56,136 nt of DNA from Folioceros fuciformis (lineage: Eukaryota), in assembly GCA_049999805.1 (NCBI GenBank), contig JBNGIO010006235.1, positions 20,294 through 76,429 on the forward strand, read 5' to 3'. Under the pieces are notes generated by a model, which was given only the letters and a program-made list of their open reading frames with translations, was not told the DNA's origin and made no database searches. Positions 10,544-21,923 of this stretch are shown here, in pieces. Numbering within the stretch: position 1 is the stretch's first letter; every line of letters begins with the position of its first letter. The position numbers were made by a program, and so were the translations under genes.

Positions 10544-13399
10544 TGGCACTCCCTCGCTCTGAGCCGCTTGAGACGCTGGTGCTCCTGGGACGAGACGCGG
10601 ATGAGACGAGGCCTGGGGGGCGAGGCGAGGCGAGGCGGGGCGGGGCGGGATGCGAGACGGAAAGGCGAAACGCGAAGTCGCTCGATACGCGACTCTCTCA
10701 CGACTGGGGAATTGGAGTTTGAAGCGTGCGAGGGGAAGGCAGGCAGGGACCACAAGAGGGACTGTGGCTGGCTGGCTGGCTAGCTGGGCTGTCCCTGCCC
10801 TCTGCCCCTGCCTCTGCCTCTGCGTCTGCCCCTGCCCTCTGCCCCTGCCCGGCTGACAGATGAGAGAAGCGAGCGCCCAGCTCCTCCTACCTTGCTTGCT
10901 TGGCTGGCCCAAAGATCCCGCGCCCAATGTTGGGCCTGGGCCTGGGCCTGGGCCCGTCCCGCCCCGACCCGCCCGTAACGGATACCTTACAACGGGTGCC
11001 TGCCCACGCGCTGTATCTATTGGTTCTCTATGCTTCCTGAACTTTACCGCCTGCCCCGTTCTCACACACACAAACAGACAACGTAGCGATAAATTGCGCT
11101 TTCTTTCTTTCCTTCCTCGCTCCCCGCCTTCCAGCCCACTTTTATTGCTACCCACTCATTTGATCGAAGCTCTAGATCCGCCCCAAACCATGCCGCAGCA
11201 TCTGCTGCAACACCATCCGCATAGACTCGCTTCTTCTTCGTTCGTCTCTCCAATAAAATATTCAAATCAGTTGTATCATTAGAACACATTTGTACATCAA
11301 GACTGATTGCTTACTTAGCTGCGTTTCCAAGTACATGCAAATCTTCCAAGGGAACCTTCCATTTCAAGTACATTCATCCCAACAGCAAGTCTTGAGATGA
11401 AGATGGTTAAACATGCTTATGATACGTACTAGAAAGGAAAACAAATATAGTGTGGATAGAATGTACATAGTTCGAGTACTGGATTCTGAGTCACATTACA
11501 TATTGAAGTACATGCACGGCCCAAGCTACAGCTCGAAATCATCTTTTTCGCTTTGTACAACTATGTTTCTTAGACGCTTTGTACTACTATGTTTCTCAAA
11601 TTGGAAAACGATTCTTCGATTAGTTAGTTCTACTATTGTGTGACCGTATCAGACATACGAGACCATTGCATAGAGAACTTCAATAGTACATGAGAACAAG
11701 ACACCTTGAGAAGACAAAGTTTGACAAATCAAATTCTTTGCCCGTCTAGGTTTCGTGATCTATCAAATGAAAGGTACCAAATTCTTTTGCCCTTTTGGGC
11801 TTCATAAGCTATCAAATCAAGAGTACCCATATCTTGAGAGAAAGAGAGTGCATACATAAAACTGCTTACTGAACTTGAGACCTTGATAGGACAATATTGG
11901 AGGTACATGCAAATAAGAAACCTCGAGACAAAGTGTGCCAGAAGGACTTACATTCGAGAAAGCTCAAGTGCCATGTGTTGTAAGTTGTAGGACAAGGCCT
12001 TGAGTTGATGACTTTAGTACAAGACACATGTCATTCATTGATTGTTTGCGAGACCCCATGAGTCAAGCCGTATTTTTGTGTGGCTTATTGAGATAATGAG
12101 AAGGACGATGTAAACGATGAAGACGGAGATAGGATGAGAATTGAGATGCTTAAGAATATATGGGAGGATGGAAAAGCATAGTCCTTCACCAACCCGGCTT
12201 ATTGAAGTTGCAAGTTTAGGATTTCAAAATATTCTAAGAAACTTCTCCCACGAGATATCTGGTCCCGGTCGGGAATTTTCGGAGTAGCTGCCTGCCAAGA
12301 CTGAGGGAGAGAGATGAGGGTGACGGTGGCGAGGTGCGAGTCGCGAGGTTGGCGAGGTTGGCGGTGGGGTGGAGTGTCATAACTGTCGCGAGTCATGGTG
12401 CCGGGACCGGTTGACGGGCTATAGATAGTCTCCGCATTGTGTGTGGATTGTGCATTGCGCAGTGCGCATTGCGTTTGCTGTCTATTATTGTTTGATCCGG
12501 CAGGTTCCATCTTCGTTGTTGTTTGTTGGCTTGCCGTCCCGCCCGCCTTCGGTGGTGGTGGCGTGTGGCACCACGCGACACGGGAATCATCGCCCCCACG
12601 CGCCATACTCCTTTCGTGCTTCTGCTTTTTCCGCCGCACTCTTGAAACTGCGGTCCATGTCATCGCAGCCTTTGCGTTGTCGTCCAGGCACGGGATGCTC
12701 TTCTTGTTAAGTTGCTAAAAGGCAGATTTCGTGTGCCAAATCCTCCTTATCATGGGAGGGGCTTGCTGGAATGGTATCCCGTTTGCGCGCGCGTTACGTG
12801 CCCCGCGTTCGGAATGCCCTGCCCTGCCCGTCCACTCACCTTGTTGAAGAGGAGGTTGTACAAGTCATGTCTCCATTGTCGGCCGCAGTTTGATTTTCGG
12901 GTAGAGGTGTAGGATAGGGAAGAAGCCCTGTTGCAGTGTCGCCGGGGAAGGGCCCGGGCCGCTGTCGGTGGCCAGGTTTAGAGGGTGCTTCTGCTGCTGG
13001 TCGGCTCGTGAATCTTTTGATACTAAAGCAGCTTGGCTGTTTCTCCAAACAGATTCCTGCGTGCATCGAACCGATTGGCCTCATTTCACTCGCAAGACGT
13101 CGGAAACCTGATGAGACAAATACACTACGCCCCGTGGTGGTGTCTCTGCCAGTTGAGTGAACAGGCAATAGGTCCACCATGATGGAAAGTGAGCAAAGAG
13201 TTATGAAGCCAAAGTCCCCGACGCGAGTGAGTGCTCAGGCGCCGTATCTGACAGAGCTCGCAAGTATGCACGTGGACGTAAGCTAGGAGAGGGCGTGTGA
13301 TGGCGAACTCAGTGAGGGAGTTACGTATCGAACAAGGACTTGAAGCAGGAAGGCAGTCTGCGTTACGCACCTGCTCTCTGGCAGGAAGCTCTCTAGGTT

Positions 13400-13820
13400 T
13401 ATCAGTCTCCGGCTGCACTCCTGCCGGGCCCAGGCAGACCGCGCGCAGAACGTGCCTCAAGCCAAAGGAGGTGATGGATTCCAAGCTGAAAGCCTGTGTG
13501 TTTACACGCTGGTGCTCTACAAAGAGGGAAAGGCTGCTCACTCACAGATTGTTGAAGGAGGAGGACTGCTGGGTGGCGTTGTGGTGGACACGGGGCCTGC
13601 CTGCTGGACGCGGATGCAAAATGTGTCAGATGCACTCCAAGTTTTTGAAATCATGGCCAAGGGGATATGGTCATGACAGGATACGGCGCTGATCGTGCCT
13701 GTTTTCTTACTGCATGAACACAGAAAACGCCCTGACATGGACTGCCTTCATTGCAGGTATGCACAGCAAGGACGTGGACATGAGGCACTCGCTGTGCATA
13801 TATGGATGGACAAATGGAGG
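13400..13820 (+). pseudogene. PLS-type PPR fragment (frameshifted)
   Basis: EGKAAHSQIVEGG..VVVDT...DALQVFEIM and ...TAFIAGYAQQGRGHEAL-like segments spread across frames. Confidence 0.65.
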
Positions 13821-13829
13821 AGGCAGGAC

Positions 13830-16135
13830 TCGTCTTGGCTGACCACGTTACTTGCCTTGCCCTCTGTAGGTCTTCAGAGTGCTAACAAAGGTCACGCTAT
13901 CTGGTTCCGTCAGGCCATATTGCTCCGTGCTTGCATAAAGCCTGATGCCTTCTTCATCAAGCCCATGCTGACCATAACCTCCAACGAGGAACGGTCTTAC
14001 AGCATGTTTCACCTGCAGCACGTCAACGCGAGTGCGAGCTTTGTCTAAGCTGCCACATTCGGCATACATGTCCACAAGAGCACTCCCCAGCAACAGGTCC
14101 GCTTCCTGCCCCCTCCCTTCCGCGGATGTGGGAGTGAAGCTGCTTCCCTTCACGTGTACCTCTGATGCTGGCACATCCTTTGAGCAGGCTTGCAAGCATG
14201 ACACCATCTAATGAAGATATGCCTTCCTCGATGCTTCCATACAGATTGAGACCTTCCTGACCAAGACCATATGCAACCACCCTGGAATCTTGGCTGTCCG
14301 TGTCACAGGTCTTTGGCTGGTAACATGTCAATGATAATGCCAACATCTCCCAAGCTTCCACACTCCGCATACGTATCTATCAAGTCACGGCTAATGCCCA
14401 CATCTGCATGTAACCGTAGTTTTTAAATTCGAGCATGGATGTGTGAACCCTGCCACAGAGAGACCCCAGTGCAGGCACACGATTCGAGTAGGCTTGTGAA
14501 AGTTGCAGAGTCTGCCACAGTCAATCCATCCTCGTCCATTCTAGCATAAAGCGTGAGGGCTTCTTGACCCTTACCCTGACCATATGGAGCATATCCTGCA
14601 AGCATGACTTTCAAGGTGACAACATCTATAGCCTGCAGCTTCTCAAAGACTCCTTGAGCACTCTCCAGATCTCCTCATTTTGCATAAAAATCAATCAAGG
14701 CATTGCCTCCAGTCATATCTCCATCATCGAGTCCCTGTTTCTGGACGTCTGCATGAATACGCTTGCCCTCCGGCATAGCTCCAATCCCAGCACATGCCTT
14801 CCAAGAGGCACACAATTGTAGCCTCGTCCAGAGTCACATGATTAGCTTGCATCCGCGCGTCTAGCTTCAGGGCCTAGGGAGCAAACCCATGTCCAGCATA
14901 TCCCGCAATCAGTGCCGTCCATGTGACATCTTCCACTGGCAGCCTGTCAAACATTTGGCAAGCATTGTCTAGGAGGCTCCCGCACTTGGTGTTTGGCAAG
15001 CATTGTCTAGGCTCCCCCACTTGACGTACATGTCCACCAGGGTAAGTACCCCCAGTGCAATGTCTGCTTCTAGTCCTCGCAACAATATTTCCGCATGTAT
15101 ACAGACATGCTATGCTCGCACACGCCTTGAGGAGGCTGACAAATGTGACATCATTGGGTGCAGTAACACCATCCTTTGCCATTACAGAACTTTGTTTCGG
15201 AGCCTCCTGGCCAACCCTTGTTGCAAATACCCCAGTAATCTTGCTATTCCATAACACCACATCTTTCCTTTGCATCTTTTCAAACAACCGGCGAGCATCC
15301 ACCAATCCCCCACACTTTGCATGCTTGTCAACTAGTGCATTCCCAACAACCAAATCTATTTAAAGTTCAAGCCCTCGTCCCTTTATTTTCTGCTACAACC
15401 GCTTGCCCTTATTTATGGCTCCAAAGGCGGAACATGCCTTAACGAGACACACACAAGGAACAGCGTTTGCCAAAGTCAAACCACCCTACTCCAGGTTCTC
15501 GAATAGATCGAGGGATTTCTGACCGAGCCCTTGGTGGGCATATCCTGACCGAACTGCGGTCCATTTTACAACATTTCTAGCTGGCAGTCCGTCAAACACA
15601 GCGTGAGCATCATTCAAACTGCCACTCTCTGCATACATATCTACCAGACTGCTCCTAACGGTTCCATTGCAGCTTCGTTTTGAGTCCTTAATATCAGCAT
15701 GGACCAGCGTTCCTACTCAAGATCCCCAATGCAGGCACAAGCTTTCAGAGCTGCCACAAGCACATACTCCTTTTGCTTTCGCACTTGATGATTCCCGCAA
15801 CTCCCAGTACAGGTGAATACCCTCCTCAGCTTGGCCATTCCCTGTGTGTGAAGCGATGATAGAAGCCCAGACGTGTGCGTGTTAGGTGAAGAAAGTTTTC
15901 TGAAGACCGTCCGTGCGAGATACCATGCGATGCGAGCTGTACATCCTGATGAGCTATACAACTTGGCATGCGAGCTATACATCCTGATGCGGTGGTTGGC
16001 TAGAAACACATTCGTCTCATATCCATTTCTCACGAGGATGGCGTGGATGCGCCTGCCTCCACTGAGTTCGTTCTTCACAGAATACTCTTTGAGGACAGGC
16101 ACACGATTCCATGCTCTGCTCGTCTGGTCTTCCAC
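13830..16135 (-). pseudogene. Degenerate PLS-class PPR (RNA-editing factor) gene with many stops and frameshifts
   Basis: GRRIHAILVRNGYETNVFLANH..RMY, VVGNALVDKHAKCGGLVDARRLFEKMQRKDVVLWNS, WTALIAGYAGHG, GSALVDMYAECGSLDKAR and PDSVTFVSTLK occur in broken frames. Confidence 0.88.
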
Positions 16136-16988
16136 ACCCAGAATTGTCCCTTACTTACTTGCCACCCTGCACACCCGCGAGCACTAGTCCACCAACGAGC
16201 AAGGAACGGTGCCATAACCACAAACTCTGCAGATGAGAACAGGCTTCCATACCAACACCTTTCAGATACACCTCAAGTACCAAACACAAAGGGCATGGAA
16301 TCTCTGCCACCTCTGCAGCGTTGCTTCACATAAGAATTTCATCACGTGAGCAACTGTTGGGAACACCTAAGTGAGGCACTTGACTGGAAGACCGCAAAAG
16401 AGCATGGAGGGAATCCTCAGCAGAACACGTACGTTACCTTCTTGGACCTACTGTCCCGCCACTGCAAGTGATCTGCCCAAAAGCCTTCTTTCACTGCGCT
16501 ATGCTGAATTGGTGCTTCTGACATAGGGATGCAAAACGTCAACAAAGAGCTTCTCAGATGCATATTGAGCAGAGGCCAACAAAGCACTCACTCACCCAGC
16601 ACGGTTTAGCAGGCGCCTGTAGCATCTCTTCAAAGGGATGGGTGAACCACATCTTCCTTGCAGCAGCCTAGAATCGACTAGAAGCAAAGCAGATGCACTA
16701 CTGGTCTTCATCTCTTGCACAGGGGCCATAAGAGGAGAGGGCGGTGCTCTAGTTTAAGGTTCTGAGCTGATGTTACTTATGGGGAGGAATGGTAATCACT
16801 CTTGAGAACGCTGGCTGATGCTCTTCGTTCATGACATCTGTCACAGAGCTGGTTGAACAGGCTGACGATGATGCAGCTCGAGGATGAAATGACACAAGGC
16901 TGTCATGGTAGTGTTTTCTCTCAGTCTACTCTTCCACGCCATAGCCTTTACTATTGTGTGTGCACTGGCATTTACAAGCGATTCAAGA

Positions 16989-17090
16989 TTTGCTGCAAGC
17001 TGAGATTATATGACTTCTAGGGCTTTGCTGCAAGCTGAGATTATATGACTTCTAGGGCTTTGCTGCAAGCTGAAATGATATCACTTCTAG
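16989..17090. repeat. 35-bp tandem repeat, ~3 copies
   Basis: tttgctgcaagctgagattatatgacttctagggc repeated. Confidence 0.9.
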
Positions 17091-17109
17091 TCTTTTACAT
17101 TTCATATTG

Positions 17110-19450
17110 CTAGGTTTCAATGTCAACAATGTAGAACAAGTCTATTCTCCTTGCACCACAAAGCCATGCAGTTTTCTTTCCCTCCAAGTATCTAACTTGT
17201 GTCAATCGCAATAACTCCCACATTCGGTTTTGGCGTTGAAGGGACCTCAAAGCCTCTTTCAAACCTCCAGCTATAGCCACTCCACCATCATCCTTGTCTG
17301 TGGCTTGCATTAGAGTGAATTCACTCTTAGCCAACATAGATTTCATCATTAGTGCAGGTGCTATGATGTCATCTGGAAATTCTATCCCAGCAGCCACAAG
17401 AAGGTGCACTTTGATTAGAAAGAAGAACATCTTCACACCATTCACTGAAAGCTTTCGAATCCACTTACAATTTTTTTCCTCTACAACCATAGTATAGCCA
17501 GGTTGTCCTTGCACAACATGATTCCCACCTCTTTCTTCACTCATGAGGTGCAAAGCACGGCCACACCATCATGAACCAAAGATTTTAGCATTTCTTGGAA
17601 AGATACATCATCACGAGACAGATAAGGACGACAAGGAAGCATTGAAGAACTATGATATCCAACAATATCATCCATTTTTGACTCCAATAAGTGCAAAGTA
17701 TCTTTTTTGAACATTGTTAGCCTTTCTTCACTTGACTTGATGACCATCAATATCTCCTCTTGACTGAGACTTAGTTTCCTCATGACCTCTTGGTGATGAA
17801 TAACTGATTGTCCCTAACATTCTTCAACTCATATTGGATGGCTTCGAATCTTGCTTTGATAGTCTCCAATCTAGTTCCACTAGAAAGGTCAGAGCGATGT
17901 TGCACAAAAGGAACATGTGCTGAACTCATACTTGCCAAAGACCTTTTTGACTTTGAGCTTGTAGCTATCTCTTATGTTGTCACATATAAGACATCACCTG
18001 CATCACTTGCACATTTCTTCTTGTCATGTATAAGATTGTTTGCTATTTTCAATATGCACTCATGTTGTTAGTCATGAAACTTAGCGTTCTCTCACACAAT
18101 GTTAGCTAAGTCTCCTCCCACACTATGATAGCACAAAATCTGCTATCATCATCTCCATAATAGGGCCTTGATCATGAATTGGAGGCTAATAATACATACG
18201 ATCCAATATATAGCGCATAGCAAAGTATCCTTCACCGCACTTCAAAGCTTGCTTTTCATCCAAAAGAACCTCTTGATAATTTTTGTAAAGATATACTTGT
18301 CTTTACCTCTCATTACAAGGTATCAATTCAAGTACGCAATAGGGGTTGAGGATACCTTGCCCCAACATAACTCCTAGGCAACCTTTAGGTGAAGCACAAA
18401 AAGCCCTCAACTCATCAAGAATGTGGCATTTCACAAATGTATTGGCCAAACTAGGATGTTGTTTGGATCTGACGAGTATGTCAATATGATTTCTAATCAC
18501 TTCTCCACCATTGAATTCTATCAAAATATCAATGCCATTGCAAGCCATTGAGATAAGATTATAACCAAATTTGTATTGATAAGAATGCATTCCTAAGTTC
18601 TGCTCAGAAAAGAGATGATTTCGGAAGATTACCTAAAACAAGGACATGAAAGTGAATACAAGTAGCTTTGCTGTGTAGATTAGTATCCTTGTCACATTCT
18701 TCAACAAAAGTATTTTAGACAGACAAACAAATAAAATGTACCTGAAACCTTGGAAAGAAACTCTCAATTAAGATTGTTTGAAGTTGATCTTCACATTGTA
18801 ATCGACGCCCAAAGAATTCATATCCCCTATCTTGTAGAATGGTTGCCTCATTTCTTGACAACCATTATAGAGCCTGTAGATTGCTAAACGTCATACGGTT
18901 ATAAATTATTGCCGGAATGTAAAAGCCTTGAGTTTTTTCATCTTCTAGAGTAGCTTCATAACACAATTCCAACCCCACCATAATATTCATCACGTCTTGG
19001 GTTTTTAAGTTAATGTACTTGCGATTAGTCATAAATATGGAATTAAGGACATATTCAAGAATCTCTCAACTTACAAACCCTTGTTCCTTAGTTTCTTTAA
19101 TTAAAGAAGTATTTGGTTATATAAGTTTACCTAGAAAATCATGAGTAAGCCAATTTGGATTTAGTACTCTAAGATTAATTTTTTTGAAATAAATAATTTT
19201 TCCCATAATCATGTAGATAAGATGATGTAGCAACTGCTATTTTCATTTGGTCAGTTAGCTTAAAGCTAATAAGCTTATTGCAGTGTTGTCTACAAAAGTT
19301 CACAAACTGTTCTTCATTCATGAAGGGTTGAGAAGAGTATTGTGATGTCCACTTTATCAAGGCATTACTTATCCTCCTATACACTTCAAGTACTTTAATT
19401 GCCTCATTGCATAAGCTTTTCAATATTTTTTACATCTTGGACCATATGTA
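17110..19450 (-). pseudogene. TORNADO1-like (Roco family; COR domain and C-terminal region) pseudogene
   Basis: Fragments WTSQYSSQPFMNEEQFVNFC...YLHDYGK/IIYF...LNPNWL, GIDILIEFNGG...HIDILVRS, HLMSEERGGNHVVQGQPG...VAAGIEFPD and LTQVRYLEGKKTAWLC parallel TRN1 motifs (HMLCE..HVVEDQLG; LWRVRY..G.IAWIC). Multiple stops and frameshifts; AT-rich. Confidence 0.72.
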
Positions 19451-20559
19451 TTTAATATATATTTTAAAATATGTATCTATTATTTTTATTTCTAAAAACA
19501 AATTAATGAGGTCATTGTATTCTTGTTTTAATTTTATTAATATAATTTATAATATATTCTGAATAGATTCTTTATATTCTTTAAATTTATCTAGATGAGT
19601 AATTAAAACAAATAATTCTAGTTTTTTTTTCTCCTGTTTTTTGCACATTAAATAAAATAAAATTTAACCAATACCTTAATTTCTCTTCAAACAGTGTACT
19701 CAGCGCAATAAGTGTACTAAGCGTACTAATCATGCACTCAGCACAGTGCCTGTGAATGACATCGTTATCAATGGCTTTGTCTGCAAAACACTCGGCTGCG
19801 CCTCGACGACATGCCCTGAAAGCCCAACAACTTTAACCCTGGCACCGACTGTGGTAATCAGTGGGTGCCATTTGACATGGTGCCCTTCATACACTGCACT
19901 ACCAGGAATTCGGGATCACCTTCTCCACTCACGTACTACAGTGTAAAGGAACAAGAATTTCAGAGGTACTATGCATTGCAGGTTCCACGAATCTGCAGAC
20001 AAGCTTGGAAAAGAAACGACTGGTTATAAGACCTATTGCCGCGTGGAACTTCCTTGCAGCCGTGCACAACTTGCGACAATGCTGCCAGTCGACTCCTGAT
20101 GCCCAGCTGCACGTGTGTGGGATCGGATGCACGTCTTGCAAGTCTCACAAGCTACCTAAAATACAACGATATCAGTCCAGATCTGGACACTGGAAATAGC
20201 CATGCCTCTTCCATCGTGTCGACTTATCCTATCCAACGCCTGGAAGCAGGCTGACTGACACCCTGGGTTTGGAACGATTGTAAGCACGGACGGACGACGA
20301 CACGCCTGGAGGATCTGACGGAGGACGGCTTGAATTTGTCAACATGTTGGCGTGAACGATTGACAGCATATCAAAGCGTTTTCATCTTATCTCAGGAGAC
20401 TTGTCAAAGTCCCTGCCCTGGGCGAAGCTCATTGCAGACAGAAACGCGAATCACATCAGAAAGCCTTCTGCCTGCAAGTCCAAAGGGGTTGCTCATTCAC
20501 GACTCATGTCAAACAGTCAGACAGCGGACGTGGTGAGGATTCAACACTGTAACCATGAT

Positions 20560-21170
20560 CTGCAAGCCTTGTTACACATAGATGGTGGGCACCGTTCCAG
20601 TGTCTCGGTGCTACCGTGGCAATGGGTGCAGTCTAAGATTCATGGTAACTGGAAGGGTTGTGCCTTGAGGAGACTGAATGCCAAGGCCAACTTTTCAGGT
20701 AGTCCACAAAGAGCATTTCCTTTTCGTGCCCAGTTAATGAACCCGACAGACTACCGATACCTTGATCCACCGGCAAACTTCAGGCTCCTTAGCTTTGACA
20801 AGGTATGGTCCCGCTGGTCCCCTACCATGAAGTCATGCACTTCGTTACGGACCCCAATCGATGCCATTGCAGGTCTCTTCTAAGCACCTGCAGCCCTCCG
20901 GAAACTGTCAATATAATGAATACCTTCCCACATATGTACCAGCATCTGTATAGATGTTCGACATTAACACAAAAGCGGCAGAAGCATCGTGAGGTTCCTG
21001 CTCAGCCAGGTATTCGAAACATCGAAACCCATGCTCCAACATCACCGTGAATCTTGCAGGCACTTGGCCAAGATTTCCAGCTCACAGTAAAAGCACTCCT
21101 CCACAAGGTATTCTCTGCTTCTGCCGGGTTCCCTAACCGCCCAAGAATGGATGCAAAGCGCAGTGAACTG
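20560..21170 (-). pseudogene. PPR C-terminal E1/E2-DYW relic of the KPAxA (DYW:KP) type
   Basis: Minus-strand translation gives SACKIHGDV/EHGFRCFEYLAEQEPHDASAAFVLMSNIYTDAG, then RRAAGA*KRPAMASIGVRNEVHDFMVGD, then GNALCGLPEKLALAFSLL. Confidence 0.8.
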
Positions 21171-21923
21171 AAAGCTACGAACCAGGTTTGAACAGCACGG
21201 ACACAATGGTCATTATTTCATGACCATTAGTTCACATCAACTGATTTCGAAGATCAGTTGATGTGAACTCTCTTGTTAGGCTTGGTGCAAGTTCAGCATT
21301 CGTCCTTGGCACTGTGAACAAGCAACAGCTGTGCATTCGTTCTTCGTGTTGTGGTTTTCGTTGGGAATCTAGTCCACGCAGACGTCCTAAGCCGCGTTAA
21401 GCATTCGTTTGGAATCTAGTCCACGCAGACGTCCTAAGCCGCATTAAGCAACGTCGTTCGGTTCTGCTAAATCTCAACTGGCCAGGGATGCTTCTTTCTT
21501 CGACGAATGAACCGGACTGCATACCTGTCAGAAACCTGTCCTTTATCTGACAGCACTTCAGCTGCGTAAGCTCAAGTACATTGCTTCTTCACGGGCTCGA
21601 GTTCAGGCTTCTAATGACCATGGAAGAGCGTCTGGTAAGTGGTCTACGTGGTGATGGAACTATTACCAGGACAAAAGTGATGAGATTAATAAACTCTCGC
21701 TACCTCCACACAAACAACTTGGAAGTCAAGACTCCACGTCAAGACATGGATACAGAGTGCATTGTAGTTAGGAATATGGGTAAGAGTGCATTGTAGTTAG
21801 GAATATGGGTCAGAGTCGTGTACGAAAGAAAAATGATCCAGTGAAGAAAAGCTTGTGCTTCGGAGGTGGGCTGCATACACCATTCGGAGCTTAATTTGAC
21901 AGCTTTTAAAAAATATTTGCAAG

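Noticed and set aside
10544-11155. N-terminal 204-aa extension of the 608-aa ORF
   Set aside because: GC-rich simple repeats keep the frame open; the signal peptide starts at the ATG at 10543.
11400-12200. AT-rich segment with short internal repeats, possible solo LTR
   Set aside because: No identifiable TG...CA ends, TSD or coding remnant.
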